From: a virus
Reading direction: 5' to 3' (one strand)
Virus record (IMG/VR): IMGVR_UViG_3300038410_000117
Coordinates: 1 to 38,163 of that record
DNA length: 38,163 nucleotides
The notes beneath the pieces are model-generated. The model was not told where the DNA came from. It worked only from the letters and a program-made list of their open reading frames with translations, and did no database searches. The position numbers were made by a program, and so were the translations under genes. Positions 14,991 to 25,300 of the stretch are shown piece after piece; within the stretch, counting starts at the first letter, position 1; the number at the start of each line of letters is the position of its first letter.

Positions 14991-16603
14991 GCGGGTCGCT
15001 CTTCGGACTCGGAACGGGCGACATCGTCGGAGTTCCCTACTCCGGTGACGCCGCCGGTTTGGCCCTCGCTAAGGCGGCGACCCACGGCTTCGTGCAGATG
15101 GGGCCTGGACTGGAGTCGGTTCCGCTCGGTGCGTTCGCGTCTGATCTCTGTCTCGTTCGAATCACGAACACGGGCATCCTTGCGATCTCGGGATTCCACC
15201 TAGCTGACATTCTCGATCCCACGAAGTTGCTCAAGTGGGACGTCTCAGCGATCGCAACGGCCACGACGCGAACCGCGACCGTACCGGACTGGTCGGGCGT
15301 ACTCCTGCTGCCCACGGACTTCGGATTGTCCGGGCAGTTCCTCCGGTCGAATGGCGCTGCTCAGCCGACATGGTCTACCGTCACGCTGACGAACGCTCTC
15401 CTGGACGGGGCGAACCATGTCGACACCCTAGCGGGTGCCGTCGCCGCAGGCGACGTCATCATCGGTAACGCAACGCCCAAGTGGGCGCGGCTAGGAGTCG
15501 GTTCATCCGGGCAGGTCCTGGCCGTCTCTGGTGGACTTCCAGCGTGGACGGCTAACCCCGCCGTCCAGCACGACACGCTGCTCCACATCAAGCCGGTCCG
15601 CGCAACGGGATGCGCGATCAACAACGGGTCCGCGACCCTCACGACTACCGGCGGGCAGTTCGCGAATGTCAGGGTCGGGGACCGGGTCAACTTCGACATC
15701 GCCGTTCCGTCCATCTGGGGCGCCAGAGTCTCCGGATTGATCGATTCGAACAACGTCACGCTCGATCTCACGAACACGGGATCGAGTCAGTCGGGGCGTA
15801 CATGCGTCCTCACGCCAGGCGACCACTACAACGAGGCGCTCTCCGAGGCGAACGGCTACGCCCTCGCGTGCGGGCGCGGGACCTATGACGCGTCCTCGAC
15901 TCCCGGTGGCACCTTCCAGGAACTACGCGGTCCGGTCAACTGGGAAGGATACGAGAGCGGCCATTCGACCGACTTCCGGGTTCTCGGCAGCACGAGCACG
16001 ATCACGCCCTGGGGATTCTCGATCCGGAAGCCGGGGACGACGTTCAAGTACTACTTCATGGTCAACAACGTCACCGCGAACCGCGTGCTCACATTTCCGG
16101 ATCGGTCGGATGAGGTCGTCCTGCTCGGAGGAGTTCAATCGCTTCAGTCGAAGACACTGACGACCGGGAACAAGATCGTTCAGGACGGGACCAACACCTA
16201 CAGTGTGTTCCAAAGCGCGGCCCTCGTTGATCGCCTCAGTTTCGACCTTTCCGCGATGTCGGCACTTCGCGCGGTTCGATGGGCCGATCATGTCGGGACG
16301 ACCGCTGTCGAAGCTGCTGTCACTACGATCTCGGGGGTGACCCCGTCCGTGGCGAACGGCCGAACCTTCAAGGTCACGAACGCCGGAGCGACGAACATGA
16401 CGGGGATGACGGCCGACCACGACGCGCAAGAAGTCAATCTTCTCTTCACAGATGGGAACACAACGGTCAAGGACAGTTCGACTACGGGTACCTTCGAGCT
16501 ATCGGGAAGTGCTGACTTCAATCCTGCGGCCAACACGATAATGAAGTTCGTTCGAGTGAACGCCGACGCCAAGTGGTACGAATTGAGCAGGAGCGTGAAC
16601 TGA
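14987..16603 (+). CDS. Tail fibre protein (538 aa)
   Basis: Motifs typical of phage fibres (SGQFLRSNGAAQPTWS; SSGQVLAVSGGLPAWT). ATGA overlap upstream. Confidence 0.6.
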   Translation: MSGSLFGLGTGDIVGVPYSGDAAGLALAKAATHGFVQMGPGLESVPLGAFASDLCLVRITNTGILAISGFHLADILDPTKLLKWDVSAIATATTRTATVPDWSGVLLLPTDFGLSGQFLRSNGAAQPTWSTVTLTNALLDGANHVDTLAGAVAAGDVIIGNATPKWARLGVGSSGQVLAVSGGLPAWTANPAVQHDTLLHIKPVRATGCAINNGSATLTTTGGQFANVRVGDRVNFDIAVPSIWGARVSGLIDSNNVTLDLTNTGSSQSGRTCVLTPGDHYNEALSEANGYALACGRGTYDASSTPGGTFQELRGPVNWEGYESGHSTDFRVLGSTSTITPWGFSIRKPGTTFKYYFMVNNVTANRVLTFPDRSDEVVLLGGVQSLQSKTLTTGNKIVQDGTNTYSVFQSAALVDRLSFDLSAMSALRAVRWADHVGTTAVEAAVTTISGVTPSVANGRTFKVTNAGATNMTGMTADHDAQEVNLLFTDGNTTVKDSSTTGTFELSGSADFNPAANTIMKFVRVNADAKWYELSRSVN

Positions 16604-16815
16604 TGGCGGAACCCCTTACGGACATCATCGATCGAAGACTTCGGATCATGAGGCAGAAGAAGAGTCCGTTGCCGCCCCCGGCGAAGATCATTCGCGACAA
16701 CGAGGGCGTCGACAACTCACCGGTCTATGAACGGATGATCAAGGACAAGGCGTACGGCCAGCAACTTCGGCGTCGCGCTCGCGACACGGAGTACTGGCGG
16801 ACTCACAGCGCGTAG
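16603..16815 (+). CDS. Hypothetical protein (70 aa)
   Basis: TGATG overlap with the fibre stop. Confidence 0.5.
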   Translation: MAEPLTDIIDRRLRIMRQKKSPLPPPAKIIRDNEGVDNSPVYERMIKDKAYGQQLRRRARDTEYWRTHSA

Positions 16816-16826
16816 GGAGGCCAAAG

Positions 16827-17012
16827 ATGGCTGAGCAACCGAAGAAGTGGATGAGCGGTCTGCATCTGAAAGAGGGCGCACTACATCGGGAACTCGGGAT
16901 TCCCGCAGGGAAGAAGATTCCTGAATCGACGCTCGAATCGGCGGCGCACGCTCCCGGAAAGAAGGGGCGTAGGGCTCGCCTCGCTCTCGTCTTCAAGCAC
17001 GCGCACCACTGA
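16827..17012 (+). CDS. Hypothetical protein (61 aa)
   Basis: GGAGGCCAAAGATGGC start context is shared with other late genes. Confidence 0.55.
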   Translation: MAEQPKKWMSGLHLKEGALHRELGIPAGKKIPESTLESAAHAPGKKGRRARLALVFKHAHH

Positions 17013-17200
17013 TGCCCGCCGTAAGCCAGGCACAAGCGAGATGGGCTCGCGTGGGATGTCCGGGTTCGGGAATGAGCGCCTCCAAGTGTGAAGACTTCAT
17101 CCCGCACGGCCCTGGATCGATGAAGGCACTTCCCGAAAGGAAGCGTGCTGTCCGACGTGCTGTGATCGGAATGCGAAATGACCACAGACGAACTCGTTGA
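17012..17200 (+). CDS. Hypothetical protein (62 aa)
   Basis: TGATG overlap with the upstream stop. Confidence 0.45.
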   Translation: MPAVSQAQARWARVGCPGSGMSASKCEDFIPHGPGSMKALPERKRAVRRAVIGMRNDHRRTR

Positions 17201-17858
17201 CGAAGTCTACCTAGAATGGGGCGAGAGTTCGACGAACTCGATCGTTTCTCCGTCCCAGATCACGGCGCTTCTGAATAAGGCGCAGCGTCTCCTTTGCCTG
17301 GAAGGCCAGATTCTCCTTAGCTGCGCGAAGACGTCGACCGTCGCGGCTCAGGAGACCTACAACCTTCCGAGCGACTACCTGAAGATCGAATGCGTCTTCA
17401 TCGAGGGTCGGATCGAGCCTCTTCGCCCGATCGACGTGACCTGGCGCGACGGTACGTCCCGCCAGGGCACGCCCGATCGGTACTGGATTTGGGGTTCGAA
17501 CGTGAACGGGGCGAATCAGTATGTGATCGGCCTGAACGACGTCCCGTCCACGAACGGGAGCAACGACCTCGAAGTCTTCTATCGGCAACTTCCCCAGAAG
17601 ATGGTGCATTCGGTCGACGGAACACCGGTCGCCCCAGAAGCGATCCAGCCCTGGCAGGATGCGATGGTCGACTATGCGCTCATGTTGATCTATCGGCGCC
17701 TGGGGAACGACTTCAAGGCGTATTACGACGGACAGGTCGCGCTCTGGGCCGACTGGAAGCGGAAGGCGGCGCAATACGTCAACCCATTGACGAATGACTT
17801 CCCGCTTCAGCGGAAGGACACCGGCCTCTATCTGATCGAGGATTGGCTTTCTCCGTGA
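17178..17858 (+). CDS. Putative head-tail adaptor/connector-associated protein (226 aa)
   Basis: Position before the large tail-body gene. YNLPSDYLKIECVF...L pattern resembles podovirus adaptor proteins. Weak call. Confidence 0.35.
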   Translation: MTTDELVDEVYLEWGESSTNSIVSPSQITALLNKAQRLLCLEGQILLSCAKTSTVAAQETYNLPSDYLKIECVFIEGRIEPLRPIDVTWRDGTSRQGTPDRYWIWGSNVNGANQYVIGLNDVPSTNGSNDLEVFYRQLPQKMVHSVDGTPVAPEAIQPWQDAMVDYALMLIYRRLGNDFKAYYDGQVALWADWKRKAAQYVNPLTNDFPLQRKDTGLYLIEDWLSP

Positions 17859-20263
17859 GTGACATCCTCAAAGTCGAGCAGTTTCGCGGCCAGGTCGACG
17901 CCAACACGCCGCTCTTCAATCGCGATCCCGGTTGGCTTCGGAAGGCCATGAACATGCGCGTCCGCCCTGGGGGAAGCGTCGAGGCGCGCGGGGGATATGA
18001 CTCGCTTCGGCCGTCTGGCGGAACGACAGCGGCGATGGCCGCGAGTGGGTACATCGGAGGCGTTCACGACCATCATCAGTCCTTCGGGGCGATCATGGCC
18101 ACGGCGAATGACGGAGTCGCATTCAGTCGCGACATCGCTCATCTCTCCTGGTATCGAATCTTCGGTCCGGCCGATGCGATCGCAGCCGATCCTCCGGTAT
18201 CAGGAGTCGGGAGCACGACCCACTGGTGGGCCTTCGGGGCGCGAGATCGCTTCTCCAGGCTGTCGTTCTATCTCGGCCAAGGTGCGGGAGGCGGGAGCAC
18301 GTACGGTGTGACATGGGAGTACTTCAGTTCCTCGGGTGGCGGCACTTGGGTTGCGATTCCCTCCGGACCGACCGAGGACTTCAAGACGGCGGGACAACGA
18401 GAACTCTCCTGGACGCCTCCGACCAACTGGATTCCCTGCTCGCTCAATCACGTCTATCTCTACTATGTGCGCTGTCGGATCACGACAGCCGGAGTTGCGA
18501 CGCAGGACGCCTGGGGGAACAACCAGAGAGTGCTGTCTGACTGGTCCGGAAGGACGATCATCGTTGGTGCAACGTGCGCGTTCGGGCCGAGTGGCGTTCC
18601 GCTCGGATACGGACAGACAACCGGAAGCGTCGCGACATGGGACACGCTCGCGCCTGGCGGATTCTCCTCGGGTGTCCAAGTGATCTCCGGGCGCACTGGA
18701 AGGCGTCGGTTCTCTACGTTCCAGGACCGTGTGATGATGGCGGATGGGTTCAACAACGTCGCCGTCGATCTCTACAATGGCCGAAACCTCGGCATTCAAC
18801 CACCAGCCCTGAGCGCGTTCCTCGTGAGTCCAGCGGCAGGCGCTTTCGGGCAGGCGTGTGCCTTCCGCTACGCGATGGTCTACGTCGGGGGTTCGAACGG
18901 CAACTGGGGCCGATCGGCGCCGACGCTACTCGACACGGGCATCACGGCCTTCACGGCGGTTCAGCAGGCCGCCATCACTTGGACGTTCTCGACCACGCCG
19001 ACGACTGGCCAGGTCGACGTGATCGAGATTTATCGAACGAACGATCTGACGGGGGTCCCGGTCTCGGCTCAAGTCGACCAGCCGTACTTCCGAATTGCGG
19101 TCCTCACGCGTGACGTCGTGGGAGTCTTGCCCACGGCGTACAACGACAACTTCTATTCGTTCCCCCTCGATTCACCGGCGATGAACCCGAACGACAACCT
19201 GCCGCCGACGCGATGCAAATACATCGAATCTGGGCTTGGCCGAGTCTTCCTCGGCTCTCCGGAGGCAACTCCCAACCGCGGCTACTGGAGCGAACCCGGC
19301 GAGGGTGAGAACTTCAACAAGGACGTCAGCTTCGCGGAACTGATCAATCCTATGACCGGGGCCAAACTGTTCTCCGATATCTGGTACCTCTGGAGCGAGA
19401 CCGAACAGATTGGGGTCTCTGACTTCCTCGAAGAGGCACAGAACGTCTTCGAAGTGCCGAACGGAGCGGGTTGCGTCGCTCCCGACGCCGTCGCCGCGCA
19501 CGCTGGCGTCATGCTCTGGCCGGGCAAGGACGGCATCTACCTGATGGTCGAAGGCCGGTATCCCGAACGAGTGACGAACGACCAGAACTCCGTCTTCTCC
19601 AAAATGAGTTACGCGACGCACGGCGGTTCCCGAGCGATCATCAACGATATGGGCTACGAGATTCATCTGCTGACGCCGGACGGGCAACCGGTAGGTTCGT
19701 CGCCCTTCTGGCGACTCGATCTTCGCAGTAACCCGATCTCGTGGAGCGAGATCACCTTGACGAACAGCTTCTCGCCTCTCGCGATGATCGAGGCGCCTCT
19801 AGGTCACGCCGACGCGGGAGTGCTTCACCCCGTCTATGGGAACGTCAGTCCAGACATCGCGAGCAGCACACCTGTCGTCGGCGAGATCGGAACGGCGGAC
19901 AACGGCACTGGATACGACTGCTACGTCGACATCCACTTCGGACCGCGAGGATTCCTCAAGTTCTCTCCGCGACGGTTCGCTGCGTACTACATGGCAGATT
20001 CAGCATGGGGAACGCCGATCGTGTCGACACCCGGAGGCGCCACGCCGATCTTCTCTTCGGCTGCGACGTTCGGGACGCCCACGCCCAGAACCGGAGGGGA
20101 CTACAAGGCGATCATCGCGAACTGCCAGTCGAAGCAGAGTGGCTCGCAAGACATCGTCGTTCGATTCAAGGCAACGACAGTCGCAGGCGGCCTTCCCAAC
20201 AACCAGCGTCTCGTGGCCGCCTATCTAGAGGGCGACTACAAGACGGTTCATCCAACGGGATAG
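17855..20263 (+). CDS. Large tail-body (tubular/nozzle-type) protein, about 802 aa
   Basis: GTGA overlap with the upstream stop (the track offers TTG at 17843). Size and position fit a podovirus tail tubular protein B. Confidence 0.45.
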   Translation: MSDILKVEQFRGQVDANTPLFNRDPGWLRKAMNMRVRPGGSVEARGGYDSLRPSGGTTAAMAASGYIGGVHDHHQSFGAIMATANDGVAFSRDIAHLSWYRIFGPADAIAADPPVSGVGSTTHWWAFGARDRFSRLSFYLGQGAGGGSTYGVTWEYFSSSGGGTWVAIPSGPTEDFKTAGQRELSWTPPTNWIPCSLNHVYLYYVRCRITTAGVATQDAWGNNQRVLSDWSGRTIIVGATCAFGPSGVPLGYGQTTGSVATWDTLAPGGFSSGVQVISGRTGRRRFSTFQDRVMMADGFNNVAVDLYNGRNLGIQPPALSAFLVSPAAGAFGQACAFRYAMVYVGGSNGNWGRSAPTLLDTGITAFTAVQQAAITWTFSTTPTTGQVDVIEIYRTNDLTGVPVSAQVDQPYFRIAVLTRDVVGVLPTAYNDNFYSFPLDSPAMNPNDNLPPTRCKYIESGLGRVFLGSPEATPNRGYWSEPGEGENFNKDVSFAELINPMTGAKLFSDIWYLWSETEQIGVSDFLEEAQNVFEVPNGAGCVAPDAVAAHAGVMLWPGKDGIYLMVEGRYPERVTNDQNSVFSKMSYATHGGSRAIINDMGYEIHLLTPDGQPVGSSPFWRLDLRSNPISWSEITLTNSFSPLAMIEAPLGHADAGVLHPVYGNVSPDIASSTPVVGEIGTADNGTGYDCYVDIHFGPRGFLKFSPRRFAAYYMADSAWGTPIVSTPGGATPIFSSAATFGTPTPRTGGDYKAIIANCQSKQSGSQDIVVRFKATTVAGGLPNNQRLVAAYLEGDYKTVHPTG

Positions 20264-20266
20264 CCG

Positions 20267-20590
20267 ATGCCGAAGCTGCTCACATCGACGAGGCTTCTCC
20301 GGGGATCAATCCGAGGAGAAGGGCGCGATTTCACGCCAAGCCGGAAGTCGAAAGTCCCGGAGAAGCGGGTCTCGTTCTACTTCCCGACGGCCTCCTCACC
20401 GGCGGCTCCGGCGCCCGTTTCCCGTCGACACTATCTAGGCCGGACGCCGACGTCGTACACGATCGTATCCAATCGGTGTTCGTCTGCGACGCCTGGGACT
20501 GTCTTCGACGTCTTTCCGTTTCTGAGTCCGACTCACATCACGCTACACTGTTCCGTGGGGCAGTCGACCGTGGAGATCATCGTGCGGTAA
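20267..20590 (+). CDS. Hypothetical protein (107 aa)
   Basis: ATG 3 nt after the upstream stop; GC3 in this frame is fairly high by hand count. An alternative frame (part of track ORF 19741-21228) cannot be excluded. Confidence 0.4.
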   Translation: MPKLLTSTRLLRGSIRGEGRDFTPSRKSKVPEKRVSFYFPTASSPAAPAPVSRRHYLGRTPTSYTIVSNRCSSATPGTVFDVFPFLSPTHITLHCSVGQSTVEIIVR

Positions 20591-20718
20591 GCGGGAGCGA
20601 AAGGGCCGCGCGATCGGCCGAGCCGACAGGGCGCTCCGTACCCCGTCATGTTTGGGCGGCGAAGAGGAGGCCCTACGCCGCGCGGCCCGTTCCCGCGCCA
20701 AGACAGGAGGAGCCAAGG

Positions 20719-21228
20719 ATGGCCCCGAGGGTGTTCACGAATCTCCAGAAGAAGCTGAAGAATCAGTACGCGTCCGAGGTGCAACAGCCGTACCAGGAAT
20801 ACCTAACGGCAGGGAAGGCGGCCTTGCCCTCCCTCTATGCTCCGGCCTACCAGAGCATTCTCGATCAGTTCCGGCCGCAGTCCGCCGGTGTCGACCGATA
20901 TCTTGCATCCACGCCGTACGCTGCTCGCTCCGGAGTAGCGACCCGCCTCCGGAGTAACGCATTGTCGAACGCCGCAGGCGCCCTCGGAACATCCTACGGC
21001 CAGGCGAGCGCCGGTGTCGCGCAAGGCGGACTTTCGCTCCTCGATCAACTGATCCAGCGACGCGTTCAGCAGCGCTACGAGGAGCGGAACGCCAAGGCAC
21101 AGAAGATAGGCGTAGGCTCCGTTCTCGGGTCCGTCGTCGGAGCAGGCCTGGGCGCGGTGGGCGGTCCGGTGGCGAGTGCTGTCGGGCAGAAGATCGGTTC
21201 GAAGATCAATCCTGGCGCTGTCTTCTAG
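20719..21228 (+). CDS. Internal virion/membrane-associated protein (169 aa) with a Gly-zipper C-terminus
   Basis: GGAGGAGCCAAGGATGGC start. C-terminus is GVGSVLGSVVGAGLGAVGGPVASAVG. Confidence 0.6.
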   Translation: MAPRVFTNLQKKLKNQYASEVQQPYQEYLTAGKAALPSLYAPAYQSILDQFRPQSAGVDRYLASTPYAARSGVATRLRSNALSNAAGALGTSYGQASAGVAQGGLSLLDQLIQRRVQQRYEERNAKAQKIGVGSVLGSVVGAGLGAVGGPVASAVGQKIGSKINPGAVF

Positions 21229-21238
21229 GAGCGAACTC

Positions 21239-22342
21239 ATGGCGTACGGAAACCATCCTTACCTGAGAGACCCGCTCGACGTCCTCATCGATCGTCGCCG
21301 AGGCGCCACGCCGCCGCCGAGCGTGCTGCGCCAAGACGCGATCACGCCCTACGAGTCCCCGGCGCTGCCTGTGCCGGGACCAGCACCTACGTCTCCGCTC
21401 AAGGCCGCCTTGGTGGAAGCGCTTGGCGGCTCGGGCCAAGCCTCGCTCGCTGCTGGCGTCCGGGCTGGCATGACCGAGAGCGACTTCGGTCGGGCGCTTC
21501 TTGCGAGCCTCGCAGCTTCACTTGGAACCGGAGCATCGGCCAGAGCAGCCGCAGCCGATCTTGCCGCTAAGACAGGCCTTCAGACGAGGCAGGTCGCCGC
21601 CGCCGAGAAGACGGCCGAAGCGGCTATGATCCGGGCGAACAAGCAACCAGCCGAGAAGGTCGGACGAAGAACGAAGGCCGAAGACCTGGCGGGCGAGCAC
21701 GATTTCCTCAAGAACACACTCGGCTGGTCCGATCAGGCGATCAGTGAGTACTTCAAAAAGAAAGGCGAGCGCGCCACAGGGTCTGCGACGGCTCATGTCA
21801 CCGATCGCGAGCGACTGGCGACGTCGCTAGTTGCCTCCGGCCGGGCGCCCGACATGGACACCGCGCGGATCATCGCCGCGAGCATGGGACAGATGCCCCA
21901 GGTCGTAGGGTCGATCGAACGTGTCATGACAGATCGGGCGAATCCACTGAGCCCGACAACTGTGCGCGTGACAGTCGCGCGTAGAATGAATCAACTCACG
22001 GGCAACTACGAACTGATCGACGCCCAGGGCAACCTACTGAACGACAACGACATGAAGACCTTCCAGGCTGCCCCGAACCAGTTCCAGGGAGGAACCGGAG
22101 GGTCCGTGCCGACCCCGTCCCCGGCGCCGGGAGTCAATCTCCCGGCCCCTCCGGCCTCTCCGGCGCCTCCGGCTCAGGTGCAGGGTCAGGTACCTTCCAA
22201 TGAGGCGGACATCATCGCTGCTTTGAGGCAACCTGGTGTAAGGCCAGATATCCTAAAGGCTTATGCGGACGGAAAAGGGCCGCTCGGCGATTCGCCTAGC
22301 ATCCGAGCCGTGGCGGCTGGCAGGCTCACCGGGACACGATGA
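21239..22342 (+). CDS. Internal virion protein candidate (367 aa), Ala/Pro-rich
   Basis: TAGGAG lies 7 nt upstream of the ATG. Located between the tail and the giant protein gene. Confidence 0.5.
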   Translation: MAYGNHPYLRDPLDVLIDRRRGATPPPSVLRQDAITPYESPALPVPGPAPTSPLKAALVEALGGSGQASLAAGVRAGMTESDFGRALLASLAASLGTGASARAAAADLAAKTGLQTRQVAAAEKTAEAAMIRANKQPAEKVGRRTKAEDLAGEHDFLKNTLGWSDQAISEYFKKKGERATGSATAHVTDRERLATSLVASGRAPDMDTARIIAASMGQMPQVVGSIERVMTDRANPLSPTTVRVTVARRMNQLTGNYELIDAQGNLLNDNDMKTFQAAPNQFQGGTGGSVPTPSPAPGVNLPAPPASPAPPAQVQGQVPSNEADIIAALRQPGVRPDILKAYADGKGPLGDSPSIRAVAAGRLTGTR

Positions 22343-22345
22343 CCC

Positions 22346-25300
22346 GTGGCCGATCCCAACGACTTTCTTCTAGGCCGCCAAAGCCGACCTAGCGTCCCGG
22401 CCCTCGCGCCGGACGCGAACGCGTTCCTGAGCGGTGAAGCAAGCCCCCCGCCGAGCCGCCAGGACGCGAATTCCTTCCTTTCCGGGCAATCTGCCGCACC
22501 TGCGCCTCCGAGCTTCCTAGAGGCCGCCGGACGCGGCCTGATGGGCACCCTGGGTGAGATCGGAAGCCGATACGAGGCTTCGAAGGCGAACCTGATTTCG
22601 GCGATCATTCGATCTGGAGTCAGCCCGGTGGGTTTCGTTCCCGAGGTTCCAGCGCCGCAGATGGTTCAGGCTGGTAAAGAATTGGCCGGTGCGATCCCGG
22701 CCGGGCTGGACAAAGAGGTCACAGCCGTTCCTGGTCCCGCTGGCGGTCCCATTCGTCCTGAGACAGCGACGGCCGATCTGCTTCGGTCCTATGGATTGAA
22801 TCCGCTGGTTCCTGAGACCTGGCAGGTCGCGGCGGACGCTATCGCGAAGGCTACGGGTCTGAGAATTCCGATCGGCTCGCTTGCCCGGTTCATCGCCGGT
22901 CCGGAGGGAGCGAGTTTGGCCCTCGACCTTCCGGTGGGAGAACTGGCGAGCGGAATCGGAGCAGCGAAGATTCCGGGTGCGACGAGAACGATCGGGGAAG
23001 AAGCTAAGATTCTAGGTTCTATGATCGGCGAACCAATCCGAGCGACGAAGATTGGAAAGGCGATCGAAGCCGTCTCCCAAGGTGGAGGCGTGCCGGCCAA
23101 GATCGAGGGCGTGGCGGCGCCGAACGCTCGGGAGACGCTTCGCGGCATGCTCATGGATGCCTACGGTGAGAAGGCCGTCAGGGATGCCGCGCTCCAGGAG
23201 GCGATCCGACCGATCGAACAGACGATCAAGGACACCGCGAAGGCTCGTGGGATCAGTGAAGTCGCCCAGGCGAAACGGCTTCGCGATGCCGTCGAGGAAC
23301 TGCCGCGCCTCAAGGGAGCAGCGACCGAGGGCTTCACACAGGCCGAACGAGACGCAGTCGCCGCGATGACGAAGATCAGTCGTGCGACACCGAGAGAACG
23401 ACTCGCTGCTGGCCTCCGTCCGTTCGAACTAGGGGGACACGTTCCCCCGCTCGCCAAGAACGTCGAAGCCGCTGTCGCGAAGTTCGAAGCCGAAAAGGCG
23501 GGCCTTCAGACGCTCAAGGAGATCGGTCCGCGCGGCGCGAAACTCAAGAGCCAGATCGCGAAGGCGAAAGGCGAGGGCGTTGCAGCCAGGGAAGAACTTG
23601 CACGGTTGGCCCGCGTCGCGTCTACCAAAGCGACAGCCAAAGCTGAACTCGGCGGTGTTGACCTTCTCCAGGAGTTGGGTTCGGGCCGAGCCGCAACGCG
23701 GCTTCAAACGAATCGCGCGAATCGTGCTCTCGCAGAGGCGGAGCAGGCCCTATCCGAAGCCAAGATTCCGAAGGGAGAGCCGCACGCTCCGATCGTCGCC
23801 GAAAGAGCAAAAGCCGCGCGTGACGCGATCCAGTTCGCGGACGAGAAAATCAAGGGACTGTCGGCCCTCGCGAAGAGGGACCGATCCGTCGCCAGGCAGA
23901 TCGAGCGCGTTCGCGTCGCCAAAGGCGAAGCGGTTCAGGCGATCAAAGCGTTCGAGGCGAAGAGCGGAATTCGAGTCCCGAGACGCGGAGAGGCCGAGGT
24001 CGCGGCTGGACTGCGTCCCCCCGAGAATGCTCCGAAGATCGAACTCAAGGCTGCCGCTCGTGTAGCTCGCAACTATCGTCGCCGGATGATCGCTCATACG
24101 CCTCGCGAGTCCACCGAAGCGCTCCGCGCCTTGAGCACGAACAAGTATGTGCGTGAACGGCCCTACGGAGGTGGAGGGATTCCGAGGGGCCTCACGACCA
24201 AGATCGGCAAGCGTCGTGTCTCGCTCCCCGTCACAGCCACGAAGGAGATCGAACGTCGGCTGGCGCCGCATCTCGGCAAGGAGGAAGCGTTCGCTCCCGT
24301 TACCGAAGGTTATCTGAAGTCGGGATACCGAACGAATCGGGCCATCGCGCACATCGATTTGGCGAACAACGTGGCTCGCACGTTCGGCCGCGCGACAGAA
24401 GAGGCGCCGAAGGACTGGGTCGAACTCGGGAGTCTCTCAGGACTGAAGGCCGGAGCAATGAAAGAGACGATCGCGCGGCTTAACACGATCAAAGTCCACC
24501 CTCGCATTTTCGACACGCTCGAAGCTGTCTCGAAGAACCTAGAACCTCAGAACTACGGGAAGATTCAGGCCTTCGCGAACTCAGTCGTGCGGATCGTCAA
24601 GCCATTGTACACCGTCGTCAATCCGGGCTTCGTCGTTCGAAATCAAATCTGGAACGTCATGGTGACAGCCAGCCGTGGGAACCGCGACCTGACCGCCTGG
24701 ACGAGAGCCGCTGACGTCCTGTCGAAGACAGCGCCGGACGAGACCCTGGCTGGATTCAAAGTCACGAAGGCTACGTTCCTGAAGCAAGCGATCGAGGACT
24801 CGATCGTGACTGAGGCTGGCGTGACCTCGGGCGAGTTCGGCACGCGCGTTGGCAGACGGATCGGCGAGACACAGGCGCACTGGCTTCGGACGTATCCGGA
24901 GTGGATGAGTCGCGCTAACTCGGTCGGTGAGAACACCGCCCGGCTCTCTCACTACATCTGGTCGCTGGAGCGCGGGATGACGCGAGCCCAGGCGCGGCTC
25001 GAAGTCGCACGAACGCTTTTCAACTACTCGCGCGACGCCTTCACTGTTCTTGAGAATCAGGCTCGCCAGTACATCCTTTTCTACTCGTGGTACCGGCGAA
25101 TCTATCCGCTCACGCTTCGCACCGCGCTGGAGCGGCCTGGCGAGATCGCGAAGTTCGCGACAGCGGTCAATAACATCAACGCCATGCAGGGCGTGGCGCC
25201 GATCGAAGCCGCCTACCTCGCGCCCTCCTACTTCGATGCTGTCGGAATCGTTCTTCCGCCGAGCGATACGCAGCCGGAGGGTACCAGGCGAGTGATCCTG

